Positions 1 to 10,864 of a stretch of DNA of 64,000 bases are shown here, piece after piece (position 1 is the stretch's first letter; every line of letters starts with the position of its first letter). The stretch is from an uncultured cyanobacterium. GTDB taxonomy: Bacteria; Cyanobacteriota; Cyanobacteriia; Cyanobacteriales; Cyanobacteriaceae. The stretch covers positions 90,609 through 154,608 of the forward strand of contig CAVVOP010000027.1 of assembly GCA_963749915.1 (NCBI GenBank), read 5' to 3'. The notes under the pieces were generated by a model. That model made no database searches. It was not told the DNA's origin and saw nothing but the letters and a program-made list of their open reading frames with translations. Position numbers and translations under genes: made by a program.

Positions 1-221
1 AACACGACCAAAGCCATAAAAAGGGAACCTACTTGGTGATGACGATGGGCAAAATTACCCTTAATTAACTCTTTTCTCGTTTCTTTATCCGCTTGGCGAG
101 TCTTTTTCACTTTTATCCCTAAATACAAAGCGTAAATAGCGGTGGCAAATAACACCCACATTAAAATCGGATGTCCAAATTGTGACCATGTTTTGACGGC
201 TTGGGGAATCTCAAAATTCAT
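1..221 (-). CDS. DUF4079-type membrane protein, 5' part (runs off window)
   Basis: Manual translation from ATG at 221: MNFEIPQAVKTWSQFGHPILMWVLFATAIYALYLG...HRHHQVGS; the HP-x-MW and HH-x-G motifs recall cyanobacterial DUF4079. Confidence 0.7.
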   Translation of the reverse strand, partial: MNFEIPQAVKTWSQFGHPILMWVLFATAIYALYLGIKVKKTRQADKETRKELIKGNFAHRHHQVGSLFMALVV

Positions 222-403
222 TGCTTCTCTACCTTTTTAGTTTAAACTTAAGATTATTTCATATAAATTAACATAGCATTAACAGGGGATCGATGTTAAT
301 TGTCATGGAGGAAGTAGAATCATCCGTAAATGCAGAGAGTAACGAGATTATGTCACAATCAGAAAAGGAATAGTTTAAGCAGAGTATAGGACTTAAAAAT
401 AAC

Positions 404-1090
404 ATGAATTCACCAATTCAAGCTGTAAGTGCACCCTATCGAGGAGATGCTTATTATCGCACCCCACCTCCTGATTTACCATCTCTATTGTTAAAAGAAA
501 GAATCGTTTATTTAGGATTGCCATTAGTATCACCTGACGAGTATAAAGATCAATTGGGCATAGATGTCACGGAATTAATTATTGCACAACTGTTATTTTT
601 GCAATTTGACGATCCCGAAAAGCCCATTTATATGTATATAAACTCCACAGGTACCTCATGGTATGGTGGGGATTCTATCGGTTTTGAAACAGAGGCCTTT
701 GCTATTTGTGACACCATTAGCTATATTAAACCTCCTGTTCATACTATCTGTTTAGGTCAAGCAATGGGTACCGCTGCCATGATTTTAGCCTCGGGCACAA
801 AAGGCTATCGGGCAAGTCTTCCTCATGCTAGTATTATTCTCCATCAGGCTAGACAAGGGGCACAAGGGCAAGCTACAGATATTCAAATTCGGGCAAAGGA
901 AGTTATTGTCAATAAAAGAGTAATGCTTAATATTCTCTCTGATAAAACAGGACAACCGCCAGAAAAAATCGAGAAAGATACCGATCGTATGTTCTATATG
1001 AATCCGCAACAAGCCAAAGAATACGGCATCATTGACAAGGTTTTAGAAAGTAGTAAAGAATTACCCGTGCCACTAGCTGCCGTCAGTTAG
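404..1090 (+). CDS. clpR: Clp protease non-catalytic subunit ClpR
   Basis: RTPPPDLPSLLLKERIVYLG motif; catalytic Ser replaced (QAMGTAA); lies upstream of clpP. Confidence 0.9.
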   Translation: MNSPIQAVSAPYRGDAYYRTPPPDLPSLLLKERIVYLGLPLVSPDEYKDQLGIDVTELIIAQLLFLQFDDPEKPIYMYINSTGTSWYGGDSIGFETEAFAICDTISYIKPPVHTICLGQAMGTAAMILASGTKGYRASLPHASIILHQARQGAQGQATDIQIRAKEVIVNKRVMLNILSDKTGQPPEKIEKDTDRMFYMNPQQAKEYGIIDKVLESSKELPVPLAAVS

Positions 1091-1250
1091 GATCTGCCCA
1101 TAATTTGGGGAATAGGAAATACTGCGATGGGCAATAGTTTCTTGTACCATCAAATTATGACTTTCGTCAATATAACATGGGGGTGAATAATCCTAACTCT
1201 CATTTACCAACCATCAATTATTTACTTTAAAAAAATCAAGAGAAAAAAGC

Positions 1251-1850
1251 ATGCCTATTGGAGTACCCAGAGTTCCATATCAAGCACCCGGACAACCTTA
1301 TAGTGACTGGGTTAACATTTACGATCGCCTTTATCGAGAACGCATTATTTTTTTAGGTAGAGGGGTTAATGACAGTTTAGCGAACCAAATTATTGCGGTG
1401 ATGCTATATCTCGACTCCGAAGACCATAAAAAACCAATCTACCTTTATATTAACTCCCCCGGTGGATCGGTAACGGCAGGATTAGCCATTTATGACACCA
1501 TGCAACATATCAAATCCGAAGTTGTTACTATTTGCGTGGGTTTAGCCGCCTCTATGGGTGCATTTTTACTCACCGCCGGTACAAAAGGTAAACGTTTAGC
1601 CCTACCTCATTCTCGGATTATGATACACCAACCTTTAGGAGGAGTACAAGGACGTCGTCAAGCTACCGATATCGAAATTGAAGCCAAGGAAATCTTGCGT
1701 ATTCGGGATGAATTGAACGGTATCATGGCTTTTCATACAGGGCAACCTATCGAAAAAATCGCTAAAGATACTGATAGAGATTTCTTTATGTCGGCACAAG
1801 AAGCGCTGGAATATGGTTTGATTGATAAAGTCATCGAAGATAGAGTTTAA
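1251..1850 (+). CDS. clpP: ATP-dependent Clp protease proteolytic subunit
   Basis: [18 protein letters not shown] and RIMIHQP motifs. Confidence 0.95.
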   Translation: MPIGVPRVPYQAPGQPYSDWVNIYDRLYRERIIFLGRGVNDSLANQIIAVMLYLDSEDHKKPIYLYINSPGGSVTAGLAIYDTMQHIKSEVVTICVGLAASMGAFLLTAGTKGKRLALPHSRIMIHQPLGGVQGRRQATDIEIEAKEILRIRDELNGIMAFHTGQPIEKIAKDTDRDFFMSAQEALEYGLIDKVIEDRV

Positions 1851-1923
1851 TCAATGGACAATTAACAATGAACAATTGACAGGATAAAAGTTTTCATTAT
1901 CTGAGATTAAAAGGCTTGATGAT

Positions 1924-2496
1924 ATGAATACAGTAATTTTAAATCTAAAAGATGTTGGCATAACTGATGATCAATTTTATAGTTTATGTCAGGTTAATCC
2001 TAATTGGAATTTAGAAATAAATAAACAAGGAGAATTAATAATTATGCCTCCTGTTGGTGGTATTAGTGGTAATCGTGAAGCTAATTTAATCGCTGATTTA
2101 ACTATTTGGAATCGTCAGAAAAAATTAGGCGTTGTTTTTAGTTCATCAACTATTTTTTGTTTTCCAAATGGTGCAAAGCGATCGCCAGATGTTGCCTATA
2201 TAAAACTAGAAAATTGGCAAAAATTAACTCTACAACAACAAGAAAAATTCCCTCCCATTTGTCCTGATTTTGTTGTAGAATTAAGATCAAAAACTGACTC
2301 TTTAAAAACCTTACAGGAAAAAATGCAAGAGTATTTAGAAAGCGGCTTACAACTGGGTTGGTTAATCAATCCTCAACAGCAACAAGCAGAAATTTATCGC
2401 CCTAATCAAGCCGCAGAAATATTATCTTTACCAGCTACTTTATCAGGAGAAAATGTTTTACCTGAATTTATCCTGAATTTGCCTATTTATAATTAA
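1924..2496 (+). CDS. Uma2 family endonuclease-like protein (DUF820)
   Basis: RSPDVAY, PDFVVELRS and LGWLINP motifs. Confidence 0.9.
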   Translation: MNTVILNLKDVGITDDQFYSLCQVNPNWNLEINKQGELIIMPPVGGISGNREANLIADLTIWNRQKKLGVVFSSSTIFCFPNGAKRSPDVAYIKLENWQKLTLQQQEKFPPICPDFVVELRSKTDSLKTLQEKMQEYLESGLQLGWLINPQQQQAEIYRPNQAAEILSLPATLSGENVLPEFILNLPIYN

Positions 2497-2550
2497 AGGG
2501 TAAAGCCTCATTTTGAATTAATAACTATTAATAATTATCAACAAATAATC

Positions 2551-3249
2551 TTGTTAAATAGCGAGCAAAATTTACCAAAAATTATCAGTAATTCCCGAAT
2601 AATTGAAATAGAAGATTTAGGCTTAATGCCTTATAAAAAAGCATGGGAATATCAACAAAAATTAGTTAAAGAAAGAATAGATAATCCTGCATTACCGGAC
2701 AAATTATTATTAATTGAACATCCCCCCGTTTATACCCTTGGCACCAGCTCAACTTTAGATAACCTCAAATTTGACATAAATAACTTTTCAGGGAAAATAT
2801 ATCGCATAGAAAGGGGTGGAGAAGTAACATTTCACTGTCCAGGGCAAATAGTCGCTTATCCCATTTTAAATTTACGTTATTATCAACAAGATTTACACTG
2901 GTATTTAAGACAATTAGAAGAAGTAATTATCCAATTATTAGCAAAATATAACCTTAAAGGAGAAAGAATAAATGGCTTAACAGGAGTGTGGATTAATGAC
3001 GCAAAAATAGCTGCCATTGGCATTAAAGTTAAACGTTGGATTACCATGCACGGATTTGCCCTAAATATCTGTTGCGATTTATCGGGCTTTGATCAAATTA
3101 TTCCCTGTGGTATTAAGGATAAATTTGTCACCAAAATATCCTATTATGTTCAGGATATTAGTGTCCTAGTGGTAAAGCCAGAATTAGTCAAGACCTTTGG
3201 GAAAGTTTTTTCCGTCACAGTTTCAAGCCAGAAAGATCTCAATCAGTAA
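2551..3249 (+). CDS. lipB: lipoyl(octanoyl) transferase
   Basis: EHPPVYTLG, RGGEVTFHCPGQ, KIAAIG, HGFALN, PCG. Confidence 0.93.
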   Translation: MLNSEQNLPKIISNSRIIEIEDLGLMPYKKAWEYQQKLVKERIDNPALPDKLLLIEHPPVYTLGTSSTLDNLKFDINNFSGKIYRIERGGEVTFHCPGQIVAYPILNLRYYQQDLHWYLRQLEEVIIQLLAKYNLKGERINGLTGVWINDAKIAAIGIKVKRWITMHGFALNICCDLSGFDQIIPCGIKDKFVTKISYYVQDISVLVVKPELVKTFGKVFSVTVSSQKDLNQ

Positions 3250-3320
3250 AAAAAGTTTGCCCAAGGTTCGCGAAATAGGTTAGTTTATAGATTAAATTTT
3301 AGATTTTTGAATCAGATTAT

Positions 3321-4274
3321 ATGGCAATGAGAATTTTAGTTACCGGCGGTGCTGGATTTGTGGGATCTCACCTAGTCGATCGTCTTATGAATCAGGGTCA
3401 TGAAGTATTATGCTTAGATAACTTTTACACGGGCAATAAAATCAATATAGAACAATGGTTTAATAATCCTCGTTTCGAGTTGATTCGCCATGATATTACC
3501 GAACCCATTAGATTAGAAGTTGATCAAATTTACCACTTAGCCTGTCCCGCTTCCCCTATTCATTACCAGTTTAACCCGGTGAAAACTATAAAAGTAAATG
3601 TCATAGGTACTTTAAATATGTTAGGGTTAGCCAAACGAGTTAAGGCCAGATTTTTATTAGCTTCTACCTCTGAAGTGTATGGAGATCCTGATGTGCATCC
3701 TCAACCGGAAGAATATAGAGGTAACGTGAATTGTATAGGGATTCGTAGTTGCTATGATGAAGGTAAAAGAGTGGCAGAAACTCTTGCCTTTGACTATTAT
3801 CGAGAGCATCAATTAGAGGTTCGAGTAGCCCGAATTTTTAATACCTATGGTCCCAGAATGTTAGAAAAAGACGGACGTGTTGTTAGTAATTTTATCGCCC
3901 AAGCCATTAGGGGAATCCCTCTAACTGTATATGGCGATGGTTCACAAACCCGTAGTTTTTGCTATGTTTCTGACTTAGTAGAAGGATTAATGCGTCTTAT
4001 GAATAACGATTATGTTGGCCCGGTAAATTTAGGCAACCCTGGAGAATATACTATTTTACAATTAGCCCAAACTATCCAAGAAATGGTTAATCCCGACGCT
4101 GAATTAGTATATAAACCTTTACCCGAAGACGATCCAAAACAACGTCAACCTGATATTAATAAAGCAAAACACTATTTGGATTGGCAACCAACTATTCCCC
4201 TTAAAGAGGGTTTAAAACTTACTATTGAGGATTTTCGCCGCCGAATAGAGACTGAGGCGAACCTTCCATTTTAA
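3321..4274 (+). CDS. UDP-glucuronate decarboxylase (UDP-xylose synthase), SDR family
   Basis: [34 protein letters not shown]. Confidence 0.9.
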   Translation: MAMRILVTGGAGFVGSHLVDRLMNQGHEVLCLDNFYTGNKINIEQWFNNPRFELIRHDITEPIRLEVDQIYHLACPASPIHYQFNPVKTIKVNVIGTLNMLGLAKRVKARFLLASTSEVYGDPDVHPQPEEYRGNVNCIGIRSCYDEGKRVAETLAFDYYREHQLEVRVARIFNTYGPRMLEKDGRVVSNFIAQAIRGIPLTVYGDGSQTRSFCYVSDLVEGLMRLMNNDYVGPVNLGNPGEYTILQLAQTIQEMVNPDAELVYKPLPEDDPKQRQPDINKAKHYLDWQPTIPLKEGLKLTIEDFRRRIETEANLPF

Positions 4275-4362
4275 TGGAAGGGAAACTCATTGAAAATCTG
4301 CCACAGCTATTTTGCCTGAAACAGCTTTAAAATATTAAAAATTTATTATCAAGGAGAAATTT

Positions 4363-5742
4363 ATGCGTGTTTGTGTCATCGGTACTGGATATGTAGGCTT
4401 AGTTACAGGCGTATGCCTGGCTCATATCGGTCATGATGTGATTTGTGTCGATAATAATGAGGAAAAAGTTAAACTCATGAAACAAGGGCAATCCCCTATT
4501 TATGAACCCGGATTATCGGAATTGATGGACTCTTGCATGAATATTGGGAAGTTGAACTTTACTACGGATTTGAGTGCGGGGGTTAATCATGGGGAGATTT
4601 TATTTATCGCCGTTGGTACTCCACCTTTACCTACTGGAGAGAGTGATACTCGTTATGTGGAGGCAGTTGCAAGGGGTATTGGGAATAATCTTAATGGTGG
4701 TTATAAGGTAATTGTCAATAAATCAACTGTACCGATAGGTTCTGGAGATTGGGTACGGATGATCGTGTTGGATGGTTTCAAAGACCGACAAACCCAAACT
4801 TTGGGCGATGGTTTCGTGATGACAGAAGAAACTACCCCTTTATTTGATGTTGTCAGCAATCCTGAATTTTTGAGGGAAGGTAGTGCAGTTTATGACACTT
4901 TCAATCCCGATCGCATTGTTTTAGGTAGTAGCAGTGAAAAAGCGATCGTCACGATGAAGGAATTATATCAGCCTTTAGTTGATCGTCGTTTTTCTGATGA
5001 TACCACCTTACCCCCTGTTCCCGTAGTTGTTACGGATTTAAGTTCGGCGGAAATGATCAAATATGCCGCTAATGCTTTTCTCGCCACGAAAATCAGTTTT
5101 ATCAACGAAGTTGCCAATATTTGCGATCGAGTAGGGGCAGATGTGACTCAAGTAGCTCAAGGTATTGGTTTAGATTCTCGTATCGGTAGTAAATTTTTAC
5201 AGGCAGGTATCGGTTGGGGAGGTTCATGTTTTCCCAAGGACGTGTCAGCCTTAATTCATACTGCCAGGGACTACGGCTACGAAACAGAATTGATGAATGC
5301 CGCCGTCAAAGTTAACCAACGTCAAAGAGTAATCGTCATCGAAAAACTACAACAAGAGTTAAAAATCCTCAAAGGGAAAGTAGTCGGGTTACTGGGGTTA
5401 ACCTTTAAACCCGATACCGACGATATGCGTGACGCACCAGCTTTAAACATTATTCAAGAATTAAACCGTCTTGGTGCTAAAGTTAAAGCTTATGATCCCA
5501 TCGTATCTCAAACAGGTATCAGTCACGGACTTTCGGGAGTGATTATCGAAAGTAATGCCGAAATGTTAGCCGATGGTTGTGACGCATTAGTGTTAGTTAC
5601 TGATTGGCAGGAATTTTTGAAACTCGACTTACAAAAAATGAGGAAATTAGTTAAAAATCCCATTATCATTGACGGGCGCAATTTTCTCGATTTTAAAGCT
5701 ATAGAAGAAGCGGGTTTTCATTATGTCGGCATCGGCAGGTAA
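4363..5742 (+). CDS. ugd: UDP-glucose 6-dehydrogenase
   Basis: GTGYVGL, KSTVP, SNPEFLREG, GGSCFPKD. Confidence 0.93.
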   Translation: MRVCVIGTGYVGLVTGVCLAHIGHDVICVDNNEEKVKLMKQGQSPIYEPGLSELMDSCMNIGKLNFTTDLSAGVNHGEILFIAVGTPPLPTGESDTRYVEAVARGIGNNLNGGYKVIVNKSTVPIGSGDWVRMIVLDGFKDRQTQTLGDGFVMTEETTPLFDVVSNPEFLREGSAVYDTFNPDRIVLGSSSEKAIVTMKELYQPLVDRRFSDDTTLPPVPVVVTDLSSAEMIKYAANAFLATKISFINEVANICDRVGADVTQVAQGIGLDSRIGSKFLQAGIGWGGSCFPKDVSALIHTARDYGYETELMNAAVKVNQRQRVIVIEKLQQELKILKGKVVGLLGLTFKPDTDDMRDAPALNIIQELNRLGAKVKAYDPIVSQTGISHGLSGVIIESNAEMLADGCDALVLVTDWQEFLKLDLQKMRKLVKNPIIIDGRNFLDFKAIEEAGFHYVGIGR

Positions 5743-5946
5743 TAAATAGTGACAAAGACAGCTGAAGGGGTGACGATAGAGCTTAATCCCAAATACAGCA
5801 AAAGAGCGGCTGAAGCCCGAAAAGGTGGAACAAAATTAACGTCCCAGGATCCTTTGCTATCTATTTTCCTCCCTCAGAAGTCTTAAGTATATCGTTCACA
5901 CAGAAAAGCCACATACCTTTCCACCACTAGCTTCTTCATAATTTGT

Positions 5947-5971
5947 AATTCGTAATTCGTAATTCGTAATT
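5947..5971. repeat. short tandem heptamer repeat (TAATTCG)n
   Basis: taattcg repeated about 3.5 times. Confidence 0.7.
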
Positions 5972-6039
5972 TTACCTGAGACCTCACCAGCCAACTAAGG
6001 AAAATTGTCCGGCGAAGCAAATTTTTGGGTGCGACTGTC

Positions 6040-6115
6040 CAGCACTAGAGATACTAGCTTGTGGTCACGGGGTGAATGATGATACAAATGGGGCAGTAAA
6101 TATAATCGCCAAAAT
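6040..6115 (+). pseudogene. tiny remnant resembling a TnpB C-terminus
   Basis: Translates ...ACGHGVNDDTNGAVNI, similar to the CGH..NAD.NAA.NI end of IS200/IS605 TnpB. Confidence 0.4.
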
Positions 6116-6134
6116 CGTTTCATCTATAGAGAAT

Positions 6135-7553
6135 TTAAGACATCCATTCGCTATGGAAAAATTCACCACGAGGTTTATCTATACGCTCATAAGTATGCGC
6201 ACCGAAATAATCCCGTTGTGCTTGGGTTAAATTCTGAGGAAGGCGAGCACTTCTATAGCTATCAAAATAGTTAAGAGACGCACTAAAAGCGGGAACAGGA
6301 ATACCCATTTTATTCGCTAAAACCAACACATCCCGCCATGCCTGTTGACGGTCAAGGATACTTTGTTTAAACTCAGGGGCAAGGAGTAAATTGGCTAGAT
6401 TAGGATTGTCGGTAAAAGCCTTGTTGATTTTCCCTAGAAAACCAGCTTTTATGATACAACCACCTTTCCAAATTCGGGCAACTTCAGGTAAATTGACATT
6501 GTAATTATATTCCGTCGAAGCCTTAGCTATCAAAGCCATACCTTGAGCATAAGAACACATTTTTGAGCAGTATAAAGCATCCCTAATTTTAGAGATAAAA
6601 CTGTCCACATCGCCGTCAAATTTCTCCGTGATCCCTATTAACTCTTTTGCGGCCACAATCCGTTCTTCCTTATAGCTAGAGATGCTTCTTGCATATACCG
6701 CCGCATAAATAGTGGGAATAGGTACGCCTAAATCTAAAGAACTGATCACAGTCCAGCTTCCCGTACCTTTTTGCCCCGCCGCATCCACAATTAAATCAAT
6801 TAAATGTTTGCCTGTTTCGGGATCTTTTTTCGGAAAAATATTAGCAGTAATCTCGATTAAGAAAGAATTTAGCTCATCAGTAGTATTCCAATCGGAAAAT
6901 ACTTTGTGTAACTGTTCATTGCTTAATCCTAGTCCATTTTTCAATAAATCATAAGCTTCAGCAATTAACTGCATATCCCCGTACTCAATGCCGTTGTGAA
7001 CCATTTTAACGTAATGACCGGCACCACGAGGACCAATATAGGTTACACAAGCACCATCATCCACTTGGGCAGCAATTTTTGTTAGAATGGGCTCAAGCTC
7101 ATGATATGCGGCTTCTGTACCTCCGGGCATCAATGAAGGACCATTTAAAGCACCTTCTTCACCGCCACTTACTCCCATGCCCATAAACCCTAAACCGGTT
7201 GCTTCAAGCTCATTAGTGCGTCTTTCAGTGTCTTCATAGAGGGAATTACCACCATCGATAATCATATCTCCCTCATCGAGTAAAGGCTTCAATTGTTGAA
7301 TAACTCCATCCACAGGTGCACCTGCTTTCACCATTACCAATATTTTACGAGGACGTTCGAGAGTTTGCACAAATTCTTCTAAAGAATAGGCCGCCTTAAC
7401 GTCTTTATCTTTAGCCCTTGTATTCATAAATTCTTCTGTTTTATTAGGACTACGGTTATACACGGCGATGGGAAATCCTCTGCTTTCTACATTAAGGGCG
7501 AGATTTTCCCCCATAACGGCTAATCCAATTACTCCAAAGGTTCTTTTGGTCAT
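6135..7553 (-). CDS. gndA: NADP-dependent 6-phosphogluconate dehydrogenase
   Basis: [44 protein letters not shown]. Confidence 0.96.
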   Translation of the reverse strand: MTKRTFGVIGLAVMGENLALNVESRGFPIAVYNRSPNKTEEFMNTRAKDKDVKAAYSLEEFVQTLERPRKILVMVKAGAPVDGVIQQLKPLLDEGDMIIDGGNSLYEDTERRTNELEATGLGFMGMGVSGGEEGALNGPSLMPGGTEAAYHELEPILTKIAAQVDDGACVTYIGPRGAGHYVKMVHNGIEYGDMQLIAEAYDLLKNGLGLSNEQLHKVFSDWNTTDELNSFLIEITANIFPKKDPETGKHLIDLIVDAAGQKGTGSWTVISSLDLGVPIPTIYAAVYARSISSYKEERIVAAKELIGITEKFDGDVDSFISKIRDALYCSKMCSYAQGMALIAKASTEYNYNVNLPEVARIWKGGCIIKAGFLGKINKAFTDNPNLANLLLAPEFKQSILDRQQAWRDVLVLANKMGIPVPAFSASLNYFDSYRSARLPQNLTQAQRDYFGAHTYERIDKPRGEFFHSEWMS

Positions 7554-7726
7554 AAACAATTCCTATCTTTGATAAATTTATTTACTTTCAGGTTAACTCG
7601 ATCTTCTGAGAATGGTTCACAAAGATTTTCTTGAGATTGTATTCGATCATGAGTTCGACGTTAGGAATTAGAAGACCCTTGAAAAAATATTTACTTTTGC
7701 TTTTGTTTACCATCAACGATCTATTG

Positions 7727-8914
7727 TTACCAAGTAATTGCCTTTCTCTCACGCAAAATTAACCCATAAACGGCGACAGTTTGTTCGGCTAGTTTTGACC
7801 ATTGAAAGCGCCTACTTAAATCTTCATAGGCATTATTTACCAGTAATTGCGCATAGTCATGATTTCTTAATACTTCTAATATTCCCCATGCTAAAGAGTC
7901 AGGATTATTAGTTTGTGTCACCATGCCTGTTTGTCCGTGTCTTACAACTTCTGGTAGCCCTCCCGTATCCGAGACTACCACTGGTACACGAGAAGCAAAA
8001 CTTTCCAGGACAACAATGCCGAAAGGTTCGTATAAACTAGGGAAAACTGCACAATCTGCCACCGTCTGAAATTGGTTGAGATCTTCATCAGACATGAATC
8101 CAGTAAAATAACATCGTTCCCATATTCCTAAGTCATGGGCCAAGTTTTTGACATAGTTAGTATTTCCGCCGCCGATAATCACAAATTTCGCCTTTTTTTC
8201 CAAGGTTTCCAAGATTTTGGGTGCGGCATTTAATAAAATGTGAATCCCTTTCTCATAAGTCATTCTACCCACATAATAGATTATCTTTTCCTCATCCCCG
8301 GCAAATTTGCGCCTAAATTGCCAACAATTAAAATTTGGCGATCGCTGTTTTTTTTCCGGGCGAATGCCATTATAAATCACGTCAATTTTATCCCAAGGAC
8401 AACCTAAAGCTTGGTTAAGTTCATGACGCATATAACCACTGCAAACAATTACCCGCCATGATTCGTAAACTAAAATACCTTCTTTACTATCGATATAGGC
8501 GTGGGTTTCGTTGTGAATACCGTTATGCCTACCATATTCCGTGGCGTGAATGGTAGTAACCAGGGGAATTTTAAAATTATGCTTAAGGGCAATTCCACAA
8601 TCAGCGACTAACCAATCATGGGCATGAATTATATCAAAAGTTCCAATTTGATGGATTAAATTCTCTGCCGTTGCCCTCATTACATCATTCATGTGGGCAA
8701 CCCATTGAAAAAAATTATCATTAGGAGGAATAGAAATACGGTAAACTTTAACACCTTCGACAATCTCAAATTTAGGTGCATTAGCAAATTCAAGGGTTAT
8801 TAAATGTACATCATGACCTAATTGGACAATTTCAGGATATAATTCTGCTACATGACGTGCGATACCCCCTATAATTCTCGGCGGAAATTCCCATGATAGC
8901 ACCAGTATTTTCAC
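7727..8914 (-). CDS. glycosyltransferase family 4
   Basis: WEFPP, HAHDW, FPSLYEPFGIV. Confidence 0.9.
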   Translation of the reverse strand: MKILVLSWEFPPRIIGGIARHVAELYPEIVQLGHDVHLITLEFANAPKFEIVEGVKVYRISIPPNDNFFQWVAHMNDVMRATAENLIHQIGTFDIIHAHDWLVADCGIALKHNFKIPLVTTIHATEYGRHNGIHNETHAYIDSKEGILVYESWRVIVCSGYMRHELNQALGCPWDKIDVIYNGIRPEKKQRSPNFNCWQFRRKFAGDEEKIIYYVGRMTYEKGIHILLNAAPKILETLEKKAKFVIIGGGNTNYVKNLAHDLGIWERCYFTGFMSDEDLNQFQTVADCAVFPSLYEPFGIVVLESFASRVPVVVSDTGGLPEVVRHGQTGMVTQTNNPDSLAWGILEVLRNHDYAQLLVNNAYEDLSRRFQWSKLAEQTVAVYGLILRERKAITW

Positions 8915-8990
8915 TTTCCTTATTCCTAAACAATTTACTACTAATCAGTGATTAATAAATAATAATCAATTTTTACTTTTTACTTAATCC

Positions 8991-9632
8991 ATGTTGGAAA
9001 ATTGGCTATCTGTTTTACAGGATAATCGTCTAATTGGGGTGATTCGCACTGATAATCTGAAAATGGGGCTAAAAATGGCCTATGCTTTAGCTCAAGGAGG
9101 TGTTAAACTAATTGAAATTACATGGAATAGCACACAACCAGCAAAGTTAATTACCACTTTAAGGCAAGAATTGCCCCATTGTTCCATCGGTGCCGGTACA
9201 ATTGTCCATCATCGAGATTTAGTTACTGCAATCGATGCCGGAATCCAATTTTGTTTTAGTCCTCATTTTGATTCAAACTTACTAAATTTTGCTCATAATC
9301 GTGATATTCCTTATATTCCAGGTGCTTTATCTCCTTCGGAAATAATTAATGCTTTTAACGGAGGTGCGAAAACCGTAAAAGTTTTTCCTATTCAAGCTGT
9401 GGGTGGAGTGAACTATATAAAAAGTATTCGATCGCCTCTCAATAATATTCCTCTAATTCCCACAGGCGGTGTTACAATACAAGATGCGCAAGATTATATC
9501 AAAGCAGGGGCGATCGCTGTAGGGTTATCAACGGACTTATTTCCAGAAGATTTATTAAAAGAAAAAAAATGGGAGATAATTTCCGAAAGAGTGAATCAAA
9601 TTCAACAACTATTAGTTAGCATTAATAACTGA
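8991..9632 (+). CDS. eda: KDPG/KHG aldolase
   Basis: IEIT, GAGT, SPH, KVFP and PTGGV motifs. Confidence 0.88.
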   Translation: MLENWLSVLQDNRLIGVIRTDNLKMGLKMAYALAQGGVKLIEITWNSTQPAKLITTLRQELPHCSIGAGTIVHHRDLVTAIDAGIQFCFSPHFDSNLLNFAHNRDIPYIPGALSPSEIINAFNGGAKTVKVFPIQAVGGVNYIKSIRSPLNNIPLIPTGGVTIQDAQDYIKAGAIAVGLSTDLFPEDLLKEKKWEIISERVNQIQQLLVSINN

Positions 9633-9768
9633 ATAATGAATAATTTGGTCATAAATTTTGTTTGTGGATTCTCAAAGGATATTTCATTGAATACACAGTA
9701 ATTTTCCATTGCCCATTGTCCATTATAAATGTACTTATTATTTACTAAATTTTTGTGAGGTGGAGTAA

Positions 9769-10164
9769 ATGTCTTCTAACGCATCTTTGAATAAAATTAG
9801 ATCAGGGAACAATAGTCGTGGCCAATCAATATTAGCAAATAGAACCTTAAAAAAAGAGAAAATACAAAAAAAAAGAGCCAACCTCGAAAAAGCTATCGAA
9901 ACTAGCCTAAAAATATTTGCTAATGTAGGAATTTCTGTTTTAGCAATTTTTAGTATCAAACATCTTTTACCCTACCACTTAGCACAACAAGAAAAAATAG
10001 CAGAAATCGACGGCGAAATAGCGAAAATCAAACCGAGAGTGGAAAAACTCCAAGAAGATTTCGGGACCACCTTCGATCCCAAACTAACCCGGAAAGTTAT
10101 GGAAAAAAACACCTACAAGGTCGACCCTAACTTAAGTCCGGTCTTTTTTACCAACAGAAAATGA
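9769..10164 (+). CDS. hypothetical single-TM coiled-coil protein
   Basis: Basic N-terminus, one hydrophobic segment, then a coiled-coil-like stretch. Confidence 0.6.
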   Translation: MSSNASLNKIRSGNNSRGQSILANRTLKKEKIQKKRANLEKAIETSLKIFANVGISVLAIFSIKHLLPYHLAQQEKIAEIDGEIAKIKPRVEKLQEDFGTTFDPKLTRKVMEKNTYKVDPNLSPVFFTNRK

Positions 10165-10323
10165 GGCAAACAATTCCGGGTTTTGGAATTCAGTTATCAC
10201 GAAACGAATCCCACCCCCAACCATGAAAATCTATTTTCAAGTTAGATTCCGGGGTTATAATGTTTTTTCAGAATCAATTCACCTGCCACCTCCTAATGGG
10301 GGAAGAAAACCCCCCTACTTTAT

Positions 10324-10470
10324 TTATAGTGGCGATTTTTCCTTATAGGGCTCACCTTCAAAAGGTTGCACTCCAATTTCCGGAGGTGACTCCTCAGGCC
10401 GACTAAAAATCCGGGTAAAGCCTTCCGTTAAATATTTAGTGATGTTTCCGAACATTTTGATGATATTCAT
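10324..10470 (-). CDS. atpT: 48-aa small protein, AtpTheta/Norf1-like ATP synthase inhibitor
   Basis: Manual translation MNIIKMFGNITKYLTEGFTRIFSRPEESPPEIGVQPFEGEPYKEKSPL; Y..E...RIF.....P..GVQPF.G.P pattern; GGGGG-N7-CCCCC hairpin just downstream. Confidence 0.75.
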   Translation of the reverse strand: MNIIKMFGNITKYLTEGFTRIFSRPEESPPEIGVQPFEGEPYKEKSPL

Positions 10471-10864
10471 AACCCAATTCCTCCTAATTTAGCTATATCT
10501 CAGGGGATATGGTCATCAACTTCCACCGACAACCATAAGACGAGAAACAACTTTATTAAAAACGCCAAAATTAAACTTTAATCTTTTAACTTCTTATTGA
10601 TCCCCTCAGTTTCTATTATTAGCTATCAAAGACTTACTGGGTTAAATTGTTAAGATTTTTTATTGATTATTAGCATTGCTTAATATTTAGTAACATTAAA
10701 CAAGAAAATTGGTGTCATTAATCAGCAAAAAAGAATCATTGGCCCTAAATATACTTATTTTATCTCAAAAATAATTAGTTTAATCTTGATCCCTAACATT
10801 TAATGTAATAAGTAATAAGTAATAACTGAATATATTTTATTAATCATAAACAAATTTAAAAGAT

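Noticed and set aside
5749..5886. 45-codon GTG-start ORF after ugd
   Set aside because: No RBS or recognisable similarity, so it cannot be supported
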